From assembly GCA_964578035.1 (NCBI GenBank), contig CAZOBR010000002.1:34-64033 (forward strand): a stretch of DNA of 64,000 bases, in the 5' to 3' direction. The position numbers were made by a program, and so were the translations under genes. How positions within the stretch are numbered: the stretch's first letter is position 1; each line of letters starts with the position of its first letter. The DNA is from an uncultured Gammaproteobacteria bacterium (GTDB lineage Bacteria > Pseudomonadota > Gammaproteobacteria > Arenicellales > Arenicellaceae). This document shows, in pieces, positions 29,320 to 40,097 of this stretch. The notes below the pieces were generated by a model. The model searched no databases. It saw nothing but the letters and a program-made list of their open reading frames with translations, and was not told where the DNA came from.

Positions 29320-30573
29320 ATGATTTTTTTTCCCTATAAAGACGGCGCGATGCACGCTGAAGATGTTCCATTGCGTGAAATTGCTGAACAGTTTGGCACG
29401 CCTTGCTATGTGTATTCACGTGCCGCGTTTGAACACCAGTGGCGGTCACTAGAAACGGCATTTGGCGAGCACCCGCACACGATCTGTTATGCAGTAAAAG
29501 CCAACAGCAATATTGGTGTGCTAAACGTGTTAGCGCGCCTTGGATCTGGCTTTGATATTGTGTCTGAAGGTGAGTTCCGCCGCGTGATTATGGCGGGTGG
29601 TGATGCTAAAAAGGTCGTATTCTCAGGCGTTGCCAAATCATGGAAAGAACTTGAGTTTACGATTGCCAACAACGTGGGCAGTATTAATGTTGAATCAATT
29701 GCCGAACTGAGTCGGGTACAAGACGTTGCCGCTTCGTTAAATAAGACTGTTTCAATTGGCTTACGAGTTAACCCAGACGTTGACCCTGAAACGCATCCGT
29801 ATATATCAACCGGCATGGACAAAGCCAAATTTGGCATTGCAATGGATGCGGCATTTGACACTTATTTAAAAGCCGCAGAAATGCCGAACATCAATGTGCA
29901 CTCTATTGCCTGCCATATTGGTTCGCAAATTACTAAAACCAGCCCGTTTAGTGATGCGCTGGATCGCGTGCTTGAGCTGGTTAAGCGCCTAAGCGAAAGC
30001 GGCATTGAAATAAAGCAACTGGATTTAGGTGGCGGCCTTGGTATTGATTATCAAGGTGAAACACCACCCACTGCGCAAGAATATGTGCAAAGCATGCTTG
30101 ATGGCATCCGCGCGCACGGAATTAATTTGCCCATTGCAATTGAACCAGGCCGCTATATTGCAGGCAACTCTGGTGTAATGCTCACCACCGTCGAATACCT
30201 AAAACACAATACCAGTAAAAGCTTTGCGCTGGTTGACGCAGGCATGAATGACTTACTGCGCCCAGCTCTGTATCAAGCCCACCATGAAATTGTAAATATA
30301 GACGAACATTCAAACGGCGAAGCCGGCACTTACGATATAGCAGGGCCGGTTTGTGAATCCGCGGATGTGCTCGGCAGTGATCGCGAATTAACAACGCAAT
30401 CGGGCGATGTGCTGGCAGTCAAATCTGCAGGTGCGTATAGCTTTGTCATGGCCGGTAACTATAACTCGCGCACTAAGCCACCCGAGTTAATGGTCGACGG
30501 TGATCAAGTACACATTGTTAGGCGTCGCGAAACTGTAGAGGAATTAGTGAACGGCGAAGCGGTATTGCCATAA
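29320..30573 (+). CDS. lysA: Diaminopimelate decarboxylase
   Basis: YAVKANSN (PLP lysine), HPYISTG, HIGSQI, LDLGGG, EPGR, GPVCESAD. Confidence 0.97.
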   Translation: MIFFPYKDGAMHAEDVPLREIAEQFGTPCYVYSRAAFEHQWRSLETAFGEHPHTICYAVKANSNIGVLNVLARLGSGFDIVSEGEFRRVIMAGGDAKKVVFSGVAKSWKELEFTIANNVGSINVESIAELSRVQDVAASLNKTVSIGLRVNPDVDPETHPYISTGMDKAKFGIAMDAAFDTYLKAAEMPNINVHSIACHIGSQITKTSPFSDALDRVLELVKRLSESGIEIKQLDLGGGLGIDYQGETPPTAQEYVQSMLDGIRAHGINLPIAIEPGRYIAGNSGVMLTTVEYLKHNTSKSFALVDAGMNDLLRPALYQAHHEIVNIDEHSNGEAGTYDIAGPVCESADVLGSDRELTTQSGDVLAVKSAGAYSFVMAGNYNSRTKPPELMVDGDQVHIVRRRETVEELVNGEAVLP

Positions 30574-32633
30574 TGAGTAACCCCTTACTTAACTTTGATA
30601 GCCTGCCAAATTTTTCGAGCATTCGCGCCAGCGATGTTCTTCCCGCGCTAGAAACCGTATTAAGCGAGGCAAGACAACAGTTGCAAGAACTTGGGTCATT
30701 AGACAAGCCGAACTGGTCTAACTTTGCGCATGCAATGGAAGACATAGATGAGCGCATTAGCCGAGTTTGGTCGCCTGTTGGGCATTTAAACGGTGTCAAA
30801 GACAGCGATGAATTACGCGAAGCCTATCAGCAAGGCATTAGCTTACTCACACAGTACAATACCGAGGTTGGTCAGAATCAGGCCTTATATAAGCAGTACA
30901 CCCAGATTAAGAACAGCAATGAATTCGATTCTTTAAGCCCTGCGCAACAAAAAATAATCACCAATGCCTTGCTTGATTTTAAATTAAGTGGTGCGGATTT
31001 AGAGCAACAAAGACAAGATCGCTTACGCGAGATAAATCAAGCCGCTGCTGAGCTGAGTAACCAATTTGGGCGCAACGTATTAGACGCAACCCAAGCTTGG
31101 CAAAAAGTCGTCAGCCTTGAAGATTTACAAGGCTTGCCCGACAGTGCGATTAACATGGCACGCCAGCTAGCTGAAGAGTCTGACCAGAACGCTAACCAAC
31201 AAGATCAGTACCTATTAAACCTACAAATACCCTCGTATTTAGCGGTTATGCAACATGCTGATAACGCTGATCTACGCAAAGAGATGTATCTGGCTTATAG
31301 TGCGCGCGCCAGCGAATTATCCGATGACGGTCAGTTTGATAACTCGCCGCTGATTATAGATATTTTAAAACTGCGAAAGGAAAAGTCTGAGCTACTAGGC
31401 TATCAACAGTACGCGGACTATTCATTAGTAAAAAAAATGGCCAAAAGCCCACAACATGTCGAGAATTTTTTAGCTGACCTAGTGAAATACGCCAAGCCTG
31501 TTGCCGAACAAGAACTAGCAGAACTTAATGCGTTTGCAAAAGCAAACCGACAAACCAGTGAAAAACTTGAACCTTGGGATATCGCGTATTATTCAGAAAA
31601 GCTGCGAGAAGATCGTTATGCGTTCAACGATGAGCAAGTAAAACCGTATTTTCCTGCACCTCAAGTGTTTAGCGGTATGTTCGAGATTGTAAACAAACTG
31701 TTTGGTGTGCAACTGCAAGAAAACACCCGTCTTGAAACATGGCATGACGATGTGCAGTGTTTTGATTTGATCGATGCTACTAGCAAAGAGTTAATAGGCC
31801 AGCTTTACGCCGACTTATATGTGCGCAAAAACAAACGCGGCGGCGCGTGGATGGACACCTGCATTCATCGGCGTCGCCAAGCAGATCATGTGCAAGCGCC
31901 TGTGGCATTTTTGACCTGCAATTTTACCCCGCCCATTGGTGGTGATCCTGCACTGTTAACACACGGTGAAGTTGAAACCTTGTTTCATGAATTTGGGCAT
32001 ACGCTGCACCATTTACTAACTCAAGTAGATGAGATGAGTGTGGCTGGTATTAATGGCGTTGCCTGGGACGCCGTAGAGCTACCCAGCCAATTTTTAGAAA
32101 ACTGGTGCTGGCAAGAAGAGTCTCTTAAGTTGATTGCCAAGCATTATCAAACAAGCACGGATATTCCGGCTGAGCTATTAGATAAAATGCGTCGCGCCAA
32201 AAACTTCCAAAGTGGCATGCAAACACTTAGACAAGTTGAGTTCGCATTATTCGATATGCGCTTGCACAACGGCTTTGATCCGAGTTTAGAGTCTGAATCA
32301 AATAGTGTGCAAAACTTACTCGACAATGTTCGTGATGAAGTTGCGGTATTAAAGTCACCGTCAAGCAATCGTTTTCAAAATAGTTTTGGGCATATTTTTG
32401 CGGGCGGTTATGCCGCAGGTTATTACAGCTACAAATGGTCTGAGGTTTTATCGGCGGATGCCTTTGGTCGATTCAAAGAAGAAGGTATTTTCAACCCACA
32501 AACTGGCCAAGATTTCTTAAACGCTATACTGCAGCGAGGTGGCGTAGATGATCCTAATATTTTGTTTGAAGAGTTCCGTGGTCGCGCTCCAAAAATTGAA
32601 CCTTTGCTTCAACAGACTGGTATTTTGCAGTAA
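30573..32633 (+). CDS. prlC: Oligopeptidase A (M3 peptidase)
   Basis: MSNPLL, KRGGAWMD, FHEFGH zinc motif, DAVELPSQ, HIFAGGYAAGYYSYKW. Confidence 0.95.
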   Translation: MSNPLLNFDSLPNFSSIRASDVLPALETVLSEARQQLQELGSLDKPNWSNFAHAMEDIDERISRVWSPVGHLNGVKDSDELREAYQQGISLLTQYNTEVGQNQALYKQYTQIKNSNEFDSLSPAQQKIITNALLDFKLSGADLEQQRQDRLREINQAAAELSNQFGRNVLDATQAWQKVVSLEDLQGLPDSAINMARQLAEESDQNANQQDQYLLNLQIPSYLAVMQHADNADLRKEMYLAYSARASELSDDGQFDNSPLIIDILKLRKEKSELLGYQQYADYSLVKKMAKSPQHVENFLADLVKYAKPVAEQELAELNAFAKANRQTSEKLEPWDIAYYSEKLREDRYAFNDEQVKPYFPAPQVFSGMFEIVNKLFGVQLQENTRLETWHDDVQCFDLIDATSKELIGQLYADLYVRKNKRGGAWMDTCIHRRRQADHVQAPVAFLTCNFTPPIGGDPALLTHGEVETLFHEFGHTLHHLLTQVDEMSVAGINGVAWDAVELPSQFLENWCWQEESLKLIAKHYQTSTDIPAELLDKMRRAKNFQSGMQTLRQVEFALFDMRLHNGFDPSLESESNSVQNLLDNVRDEVAVLKSPSSNRFQNSFGHIFAGGYAAGYYSYKWSEVLSADAFGRFKEEGIFNPQTGQDFLNAILQRGGVDDPNILFEEFRGRAPKIEPLLQQTGILQ

Positions 32634-32652
32634 AACACGTTATTCATACTGT

Positions 32653-33285
32653 ATGAAAACTCTAGCAAGCTCAACGCCATCACTCAGGACTATAAACTTC
32701 TGCACTGCTACAGCAAGCGCTGTATTGGCATTTGTTTTAGCAAGCAACCTATTACTAATCAACTCAGCCAACGCTGGCAAACTCTATAAATGGGTTGATG
32801 CGAATGGCAATATTTCTTATCAAGATCAGCCGCCGCCCAAAAATGCGAATGTGCTGCGCGAATCCTCAATTGATGAGAACGGGTCACTGAGCGACAAGGT
32901 AGAACAACAAGCCGTTACTGTGTACACCGTACCCAATTGTGCTGCTTGCTCAGAATTACTGTCGCGCTTAGTTGAAATTGGTGTGCCCGTTGAAGAACAA
33001 AACTTAGACAACAATCGTGCTGCCCAGCAACGTGTGCTTGAGTTATCTGACAGCTTGATTGCACCAACCGTTGTTATTAATGGGCGAGCCTTACCAAACC
33101 CAAACCTGCAAAATCTCAATGAAGCGCTCGAAACAGCTGGCTATAAGATCATTAAACCTAAGCCAAAGTTTGTTGCCCCACCGCGTAACCCAGATAGCGA
33201 TCTTGATGATAGAGGTAGCGAAGACGCAAGCGACGAAATAGATAACGATCAATTCTTGGATCAAGAAAGCCAACCTGCAGGCTAA
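32653..33285 (+). CDS. Exported DUF4124 + glutaredoxin-like domain protein
   Basis: Signal peptide, LYKWVDANGNISYQDQPP (DUF4124), VYTVPNCAAC CxxC, PTVVING; ATG 32653. Confidence 0.8.
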   Translation: MKTLASSTPSLRTINFCTATASAVLAFVLASNLLLINSANAGKLYKWVDANGNISYQDQPPPKNANVLRESSIDENGSLSDKVEQQAVTVYTVPNCAACSELLSRLVEIGVPVEEQNLDNNRAAQQRVLELSDSLIAPTVVINGRALPNPNLQNLNEALETAGYKIIKPKPKFVAPPRNPDSDLDDRGSEDASDEIDNDQFLDQESQPAG

Positions 33286-33315
33286 TATTAACCCGCAGGC
33301 AGAGACTAAAATAAA

Positions 33316-34098
33316 ATGAAGATTGCTAGTTGGAACGTTAACTCTTTGCGCGTGCGCCTTGAGCAAGTCACAGATTGGTTAACTGAAAATGATGTAGACC
33401 TTTTGTGTTTGCAAGAGTTGAAAATGCCCGATGCGGAATTTCCGCACGATGCGTTTAAAGAAATGGGTTATCACTGTGTCGCAACGGGTCAGAAAACCTA
33501 CAACGGCGTGGCCATTATTAGCAAAGAGCCATTACAAAATGTGGTGACTGATTTACCCGATTTTGAAGACGAACAACGTCGTTATATAACTGGCGAGTAC
33601 CCGTGCAGTGATGGCCAAGGCCTACAAATCGTCAATGTTTATGTGCCGAACGGCCAAGCACTCGATTCTGATAAATTCGTCTATAAGCGAGCCTGGTTCG
33701 AAAAACTGCAACGCGCAATGCGTCACACTTTAGACGAGAACCAGCGTACGGTATTAGTCGGTGATTTTAATATCACACCAAGCTGGCTTGATGTACACAA
33801 CCCCAAGAAGTGGCAAAACAGTATTCATTGCAGCGACATTGAACGCTTGATGCTACAAAAACTAATGAGCGAAGGTTTGTACGACACCTTTCGACATTTT
33901 CACAGCGATGGCGAACATTTTTCTTGGTGGGATTATCGCGGTGGCGGTTATCGCGCGAACGAAGGCTTGCGTATTGATTTGATTTTAAGCTCATCGGCAA
34001 TGCTAGATGTGGCAAGCAATTGCCATATTGATGAAGCCCCGCGCAAATTAGAACGCCCATCAGACCACACCCCAGTTATTGCGGCGTACAATTTCTAG
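33316..34098 (+). CDS. xthA: Exodeoxyribonuclease III
   Basis: MKIASWNVNS, LQELK, YNGVAI, GDFNI, FSWWDYR, GLRID, SDHTPV. Confidence 0.95.
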   Translation: MKIASWNVNSLRVRLEQVTDWLTENDVDLLCLQELKMPDAEFPHDAFKEMGYHCVATGQKTYNGVAIISKEPLQNVVTDLPDFEDEQRRYITGEYPCSDGQGLQIVNVYVPNGQALDSDKFVYKRAWFEKLQRAMRHTLDENQRTVLVGDFNITPSWLDVHNPKKWQNSIHCSDIERLMLQKLMSEGLYDTFRHFHSDGEHFSWWDYRGGGYRANEGLRIDLILSSSAMLDVASNCHIDEAPRKLERPSDHTPVIAAYNF

Positions 34099-34188
34099 GC
34101 GAGTTGATAAACGCTTAGTTAACTAAGCGTTAACTAAGCCCTAACTATGCCGTGATTAACTTAATACGTATGTAGTTAAAAGTTAAGC

Positions 34189-34914
34189 TCAATCAAACTG
34201 TAATATTTCATCGACCCAAATAGGCACTAATTCAGACGCTTTACCGTATCTGGCTTGTGTGAACTCGCTGGCAACCATCGATTCTTCAAGGTTTATCTCA
34301 AGCGATTGCGCACCTGCCTGATTAGCCATTTGCACAAAGCCCGCGGCGGGGTAAACATTGCCTGACGTACCAATGGCAACAAATAAATCGCACTCGCTCA
34401 GCGCTTGATAAATCTCATCCATGTACAGTGGCATTTCCCCAAACCACACAATATGCGGCCGCAAGTTACCAGCCTGATCACAGCATGCGCAACGATCTTC
34501 TACTGAAACATCATCCGTGCAATCAAACACCGTTTGCGAGGCCTTACACTGTATTTTTAAAATCTCGCCATGCATATGCAGTACGTTTTGTGAGCCGCCT
34601 TGCTCGTGCAAATTATCTATATTTTGCGTGACGAGCATCACTGAACCTTGAAACTGTTGTTCGAGTTTTGCCAGTGCAATATGGGCTGAATTCGGCGCAA
34701 CTTCGTTATTAACAATAGGACGACGACGTTCATTATAAAAACGCTGAACTAATTTAGGGTCGCGTTCAAATGCCTCTGGCGTGGCCACATCTTCTACTTT
34801 GTGGTCTTCCCAAAGGCCATCGGCGGCTCGAAATGTTCGAATTCCAGACTCCGCAGAGATGCCCGCGCCGGTCAATATAACGATGTTTTGTGGGGAATTA
34901 GGCTGTTTATTCAT
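34189..34914 (-). CDS. cobB: NAD-dependent protein deacylase CobB (sirtuin)
   Basis: [49 protein letters not shown]. Confidence 0.95.
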   Translation of the reverse strand: MNKQPNSPQNIVILTGAGISAESGIRTFRAADGLWEDHKVEDVATPEAFERDPKLVQRFYNERRRPIVNNEVAPNSAHIALAKLEQQFQGSVMLVTQNIDNLHEQGGSQNVLHMHGEILKIQCKASQTVFDCTDDVSVEDRCACCDQAGNLRPHIVWFGEMPLYMDEIYQALSECDLFVAIGTSGNVYPAAGFVQMANQAGAQSLEINLEESMVASEFTQARYGKASELVPIWVDEILQFD

Positions 34915-34918
34915 TTGG

Positions 34919-34934
34919 TTCAGTTAAGGTTCAG
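34919..34934 (+). promoter_or_regulatory. Candidate OmpR-family (QseB/PmrA/BqsR-type) direct-repeat box
   Basis: TTCAG-ttaagg-TTCAG, 11-bp period, ~55 bp upstream of the secreted Tyr-rich protein. Confidence 0.4.
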
Positions 34935-34989
34935 GTGCAATTGTGTACATTTTCGTTTAAGTTAACACAACGTCGTCAGGAGCGTTTAT

Positions 34990-35442
34990 ATGAACTTAAT
35001 TAACCGACAAGCTAAAAAAACGATGATTGCACTGTTTGCATTACTGCTCACAGCTGCATTTATACCGTCGACTGCGTCGGCAGGTGCAAAAGTCCATGTT
35101 GATATACCGGGCATTAGTATCGGCTTTCATGACCGCCACTATGGAAAATCATACCGCGGCAAGTCGTACCACAAGCGATCATACAAAAGTGATTACTACG
35201 ATTATCGCCCACGCCGAAAATCTTATCACAGAGACAAGTACTACAACCGCCGTGGTTACAATAGTTACTATAATCGAGGCTATAACCGCAGCTACAATAA
35301 AGGATACAACCGAGGTTATAACCGAGGCTATTCAAGCGGCTATAACCGCAGTGACGAATACTGCCCAGACCCTGGTTACTCGCGTTACAACGACCGAAAC
35401 CAAAGCTGTTATGAACATGGTGATCACTACCATTGTGAGTAA
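34990..35442 (+). CDS. Secreted Tyr/Arg/Asn/Gly-rich low-complexity protein with Cys/His C-terminus
   Basis: AGGAG RBS, Sec signal (..STASA), tandem YN(R/K)(G/S) repeats, C-terminal YCPDPGYS..SCYEHGDHYHCE. Confidence 0.75.
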   Translation: MNLINRQAKKTMIALFALLLTAAFIPSTASAGAKVHVDIPGISIGFHDRHYGKSYRGKSYHKRSYKSDYYDYRPRRKSYHRDKYYNRRGYNSYYNRGYNRSYNKGYNRGYNRGYSSGYNRSDEYCPDPGYSRYNDRNQSCYEHGDHYHCE

Positions 35443-35486
35443 TCACCCCAGCATAGGTAAATAAACATACTGGGTAGTGTGGCCAA

Positions 35487-35518
35487 TAGTATTGCGCTGA
35501 GAGATCAGCGCAATACTA
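35487..35518. terminator. Perfect 14-bp hairpin between convergent genes
   Basis: TAGTATTGCGCTGA-GAGA-TCAGCGCAATACTA. Confidence 0.7.
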
Positions 35519-35551
35519 CTTTCAGGGTCTCAGCTTAGTACGGATGCGTTT

Positions 35552-36433
35552 CTAATAGAGAATACCCTGCTTAAAGTCCGGATATCTCAGCACCACTTCT
35601 AGTTCATCGAGCATTTTTTCATTACTGATTTTTCTCGACTCACCTAAATACGACAACATACCGGGCGATAACTCAGATTGCGCTTGCCGCATGGATATCT
35701 CTGGCAAAGGCTCACTTCCTAACACCTTCGCCGCTTCTTGCAAATATTCAGAAATTTTACCCGGCTGCCCATCGGTGGCATTAAACACTTCACCGCCACT
35801 ACCTCGTTGCATGGCGATTTTACAAATTAACGCTAAGTCATCAGCATGAATACGATTGGTAAAACCACATTCACTTGGCTTAACAACTGGAATACCTTTA
35901 GCGATTCGTTCACGTGGCAAACGGCTGAATGCGTAAATACCAGGCACGCGCAGTACCACCACTTCAACACCTTGAGTTTCACCCCAAGTTAACCATTGCT
36001 GTTCTGAGTCAAGCCTGCGTTGGCCGCGTTCTGTTTTAGGTTGGGCTGGGCTGTTTTCCGTTACCCATTCGCCATTGCAATTGCCGTAGACACCGGTGGT
36101 GCTAATCAACACGACCTTCTCTGGTTTAATCGACTCTTGATTAAACACCTTAATCACGGCTCGAGAACGCAAATCTTGAACACCTTGCTTTTGTGGTGCC
36201 ACGGTGTAATAGAGTTGCGCTTGATCACACACATTTAGGTCATCGCTTAGATTATCTAAATCAATCTTATGTACAGTAATGCCAAGCGCATTCGACGCAG
36301 CTTGGCTCGAATCACTGTTTACAAAACCGATAATGTCTTTAGGACGTTCTTTATTAGCCAATAAAAGACGCACTAAGCGACGGCCTATGTCACCACAACC
36401 AAGAATAACGTTGTGTGCTGATTTTGTTATCAT
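35552..36433 (-). CDS. NAD-dependent epimerase/dehydratase (atypical SDR)
   Basis: ILGCGDIG, ISTTGVYG..G.WV.E, LRVPGIY, NRIHADDL. Confidence 0.88.
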   Translation of the reverse strand: MITKSAHNVILGCGDIGRRLVRLLLANKERPKDIIGFVNSDSSQAASNALGITVHKIDLDNLSDDLNVCDQAQLYYTVAPQKQGVQDLRSRAVIKVFNQESIKPEKVVLISTTGVYGNCNGEWVTENSPAQPKTERGQRRLDSEQQWLTWGETQGVEVVVLRVPGIYAFSRLPRERIAKGIPVVKPSECGFTNRIHADDLALICKIAMQRGSGGEVFNATDGQPGKISEYLQEAAKVLGSEPLPEISMRQAQSELSPGMLSYLGESRKISNEKMLDELEVVLRYPDFKQGILY

Positions 36434-36434
36434 A

Positions 36435-37589
36435 TCAATCGCGCCTTAATTTATCGGACACGGCAATCGGTGTTGGGTAACGTAAAACAATTGAATAACT
36501 CGACCCAATAAACGTAATGACCGTCGCAAGTTGCACAAAGTAAACTGTGGTTGGATCAATCAATGCACTTTGTAACGCCACAAACACAATCAATAACGAG
36601 AACTCGCTCATTTGACCTAAACGGAAACCCGTTTCCCAACCGAGCTTATTGGTTTCTGACACGCGGCGTAACGCAAAACGAAATACCACAGGCTTAATCG
36701 TTAACATGGTGACACCCAGAATTGCCGCGGGTAACCATAGCGTGCTTAATTGCGACACGTCTAAGCCAGCGCCCAATGCGAAAAAGAACATCACCAAAAA
36801 GAAATCGCGCAATGGCTTTAAGCTCTCGGCAATAAACTGGGCAATTGGGCTGGTGGCCACGGTAATGCCAGCAATAAACGCCCCAGTTTCATGTGAAAAA
36901 CCTATCGTATGTGCCAACTCAGCAATGCCTAAACACCAAGCAATTGTTAATAAGAAAACATACTCCTGGATGCGGTCGTATTTGAAAAAGAGCTTTAACA
37001 ATACTAGTTTTTTTAATACCCAAGTCACGCCGATAAGCGCGGGCAACAACACGATTAACTTAACCAGCTCGAGCATCAACTCTTGATCCGATGACAGCGC
37101 CTGAAATGCCAGCATTACGACAATCGCGATCATATCTTGCAGCAGCAAAACACTGACGATTACCTCGCCAGTGTGTCTGTGGTGTAATACGGTGGTTGGC
37201 AATAATTTTAAGCCAATGATCGTGCTAGAAAACATACAAGCCACACCAACTACCACTGAATTAATGGTATCGAAACCACTTAATATCGCTATCGCGAAGC
37301 CGACTGATGCAAATACCGCCGAGGTTAATACGGTAACAATGGTGGTCTTCTTTAAGAGCTCTAACAGTTTTCTCGGGCTTAGATTTAAACCCAATAAAAA
37401 CAGTAAAAAGATAATGCCAATATTAGATATATCTTGAATAAGGTCGGTGTCGCTAACCCATTTCAAACCCCACGGGCCTAGCACCACACCCAATACGATG
37501 TACCCAATAATCAATGATTGCCGCGCAACAAGCGCTAAGGTTGCAAACAAGGCTGCACCAACAAAAATTAAAAATAAGGAATAGATCAT
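36435..37589 (-). CDS. CPA2-family cation:proton antiporter
   Basis: GIIFLLFLLGL, FSSTIIGLKLL, LLLQD, GAFIAG, LRDFFL..FF, LGQMSEFSL. Confidence 0.9.
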   Translation of the reverse strand: MIYSLFLIFVGAALFATLALVARQSLIIGYIVLGVVLGPWGLKWVSDTDLIQDISNIGIIFLLFLLGLNLSPRKLLELLKKTTIVTVLTSAVFASVGFAIAILSGFDTINSVVVGVACMFSSTIIGLKLLPTTVLHHRHTGEVIVSVLLLQDMIAIVVMLAFQALSSDQELMLELVKLIVLLPALIGVTWVLKKLVLLKLFFKYDRIQEYVFLLTIAWCLGIAELAHTIGFSHETGAFIAGITVATSPIAQFIAESLKPLRDFFLVMFFFALGAGLDVSQLSTLWLPAAILGVTMLTIKPVVFRFALRRVSETNKLGWETGFRLGQMSEFSLLIVFVALQSALIDPTTVYFVQLATVITFIGSSYSIVLRYPTPIAVSDKLRRD

Positions 37590-37627
37590 AAGTTAAATGA
37601 TAATTAAGCCCATTGCTAAACTGATCA

Positions 37628-38341
37628 TTAAATCGTTCGCTCACTCTCAGCGGCTTGAGCGGTATTTTCGTTTTTTACAAAATCAGACTTTTCACGTGTA
37701 ACATTGCGCATGTGCAGTGTGCTCAATTGCTTAAGTTCATCATCACTGAGCACGCTCATTGGTCGGCCAATGACCGTATGCAACATTGCCATAATGCGTA
37801 AACTTAAACCCCACAAAATTTGTTCTTTGGCTTCATTAATGATGACTGCAGGCATACGAATATTTTCATTGCGCGGGCTGTAAAATTCATACGCTTTGTC
37901 TGGTGTGGCTAGCCACGACAATGGCAACCAAACTGTATCTGAAACTTCGTGATTCACGGTGATTTGCGCAGGCTTACGCAACTCAAAAACATGAGGGGTA
38001 ATATGCACTGCGTGCACACCATCCACTTTAAAACCCAATACGTCGTCTAGTTGACCAATATAGTCCTGCTCCTCAAGCGCAACACCCATTTCTTCAAAGG
38101 TCTCTCTAACTGCAGCCGCTTTAGATGATTCGTCTGTGGTGTCTATCTTGCCGCCTGGAAACGACATTTGACCTGACCAAGGGTCGCGCTCGTGTTTCGC
38201 GCGCTGCATCATTAGCACTTCGGTATCTCCGTTATGCTCACGTAACACAACTGCTACCGACGCTTTTATTAATGAAGCCTCTGTTCGAACAACAGGTTTA
38301 TGGTTACGCAAAGCGCTAAATTCAAAATCTTTTAAGGTCAC
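37628..38341 (-). CDS. Nudix hydrolase, CoA pyrophosphatase-like
   Basis: DPWSGQMSFPGGK..., Nudix box RETFEEMG, ILWGLS. Confidence 0.85.
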   Translation of the reverse strand: MTLKDFEFSALRNHKPVVRTEASLIKASVAVVLREHNGDTEVLMMQRAKHERDPWSGQMSFPGGKIDTTDESSKAAAVRETFEEMGVALEEQDYIGQLDDVLGFKVDGVHAVHITPHVFELRKPAQITVNHEVSDTVWLPLSWLATPDKAYEFYSPRNENIRMPAVIINEAKEQILWGLSLRIMAMLHTVIGRPMSVLSDDELKQLSTLHMRNVTREKSDFVKNENTAQAAESERTI

Positions 38342-38433
38342 GTGCGTAAATTAGCTCAGTTCAGTAGCAATCAATTATGCCCTAAGCATCGTAAGTGTTC
38401 TAGAATAGTATTTTTTACTGTAATCGATTTATT

Positions 38434-39282
38434 ATGAATAACCTTTTGCAACGCATTAATGACGCCACGGATTCAGTACGGCAGCGCATCGATACGAAAA
38501 TTGATTCTGCGGTCATATTAGGCAGCGGCCTATCTGATATTAAACTAAATGGTTTTGAGCAAACGCAATGCTTAAACTATGCAAACATTAATGGCTTACC
38601 AACATCCACCGCGCCCAGTCATGCGAGTGAGCTCAGATTTTTGCAATCGGGCAGTCGAACCATTGCAGTTTGTGCAGGTCGACACCACCTTTATGAAGGT
38701 TATAGCGCACAAGAAGTTGCCATTTTAATTTATTTATTAAAGCAGCTTGGCGCAGAAAACTTAATTGTCACAAATGCCGCAGGCGCGCTCAACGAGCAAT
38801 ATGTGCCCGGCGATGTGATGTTGATTAATGATCATATTAATTTTACGGGCCGCAATCCATTGGTCGGTTCATCTGTTGATAGCACAGCCGGAATGGAAGA
38901 TGCGTTTGGCATTCGCTTTCCAGATATGTCAAATGCCTATGCTTGTGATTTACGGGAACAGGCTCTGGCCATTGCCAACTCGCTAGATATTAAATGCCAC
39001 CAAGGTATTTATGCAGGTGTGTTAGGTTCATCACTGGAAACATCTGCCGAGCGCCGCATGTTAAGACAATTTGGCGCCGACGCAGTTGGCATGTCGACCG
39101 TTATTGAAACCATTGCCGCCAATCACTGCGGTATGAACGTATTAGGTATTTCGGCGATCACCAACAAAGCAACCGGCAATGCCGACCAGCAACCCGACAC
39201 AATTGAAGACGTGTTAAAACACGCTGTAATTGCTGGCGAAAAAATTAAAGCGATTGTTCAGAATTTTTTAGCTCAGAATTAA
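38434..39282 (+). CDS. Purine nucleoside phosphorylase (trimeric PunA/XapA type)
   Basis: ILGSGL, GRHHLYEG, VTNAAG, RFPDMS, LET.AE, GADAVGMST, ITN. Confidence 0.92.
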   Translation: MNNLLQRINDATDSVRQRIDTKIDSAVILGSGLSDIKLNGFEQTQCLNYANINGLPTSTAPSHASELRFLQSGSRTIAVCAGRHHLYEGYSAQEVAILIYLLKQLGAENLIVTNAAGALNEQYVPGDVMLINDHINFTGRNPLVGSSVDSTAGMEDAFGIRFPDMSNAYACDLREQALAIANSLDIKCHQGIYAGVLGSSLETSAERRMLRQFGADAVGMSTVIETIAANHCGMNVLGISAITNKATGNADQQPDTIEDVLKHAVIAGEKIKAIVQNFLAQN

Positions 39283-39362
39283 CTCAGCTAGAAAAACAGA
39301 TAGCACAAATTTGAATGGGGAAGGCTTATTAGCTAGTTAGAAGCTGAATTTAGAAACTATAC

Positions 39363-40097
39363 TTAAAAACTAAAGTCCGTACCTAATAGGAAACCTGAGC
39401 TTGACCCTAGCTCTTTTATTTCGGTGTCTTCTAAATCAAGTTCGAAAATTCGATAACCCGCTTTAAACGAAACCGCGGGGATTGGTTGGTAAAGCAATCC
39501 TGCTTCAAACTCAAATGCGGTGGCATCATTATTAGATAGGTCATCTTCTAATTCAGGGAAGTAAGAAGTTTGACCATAAAGCTGTAATGATTTTTTAAAA
39601 TTGAGTCGTCCACTCAATGATACTTTTGGGCCACTGGCTTCAAGTTGTGAATCAATATTTAAAGACTGCCAGCCTAAACCAAGTTCAACGTTTGATTTAT
39701 CGTCGCTACCAAAACGGCGTTTAACATCTAAATTAAAATACTCGCTGTCTTCTGGCAAACCAAAAACATCGCTTCTGTCATTTTGTAATAGCTTGGCACT
39801 TACGCCCCAGTTCTTGGACCAAAGTTCACCCTCGCCAAGAAAGGAACCGTATTCCCGATTATCAAAACCAGTAACATTTAAATCACTCGACAACCACATC
39901 AAACTCGGCTTAGTATCAATTGCTTCATCAAGCGACTGCGCTGCGACCAACGAACTTGATAAAAGAGAGCCAAATAGTAATGCAATAAACAGTGCGGATG
40001 TAATCATAAGCGTGCGCACATATCTAAAGTCCTTACTTCCTGTAAGGGCAATAGAACCAACGCTTATGGTGTTCAAACTGTTGCTCAAACCTTTCAT
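39363..40097 (-). CDS. Putative outer-membrane beta-barrel protein
   Basis: Signal-like segment, amphipathic beta strands (FEFEAGLLY, VSFKAGYR), C-terminal Phe (LGTDFSF); start uncertain. Confidence 0.7.
   Translation of the reverse strand: MKGLSNSLNTISVGSIALTGSKDFRYVRTLMITSALFIALLFGSLLSSSLVAAQSLDEAIDTKPSLMWLSSDLNVTGFDNREYGSFLGEGELWSKNWGVSAKLLQNDRSDVFGLPEDSEYFNLDVKRRFGSDDKSNVELGLGWQSLNIDSQLEASGPKVSLSGRLNFKKSLQLYGQTSYFPELEDDLSNNDATAFEFEAGLLYQPIPAVSFKAGYRIFELDLEDTEIKELGSSSGFLLGTDFSF

Noticed and set aside
34115-34172. Short TAACTAAGC-like repeats between xthA and cobB
   Set aside because: Degenerate low-complexity repeats with no consistent period or structure
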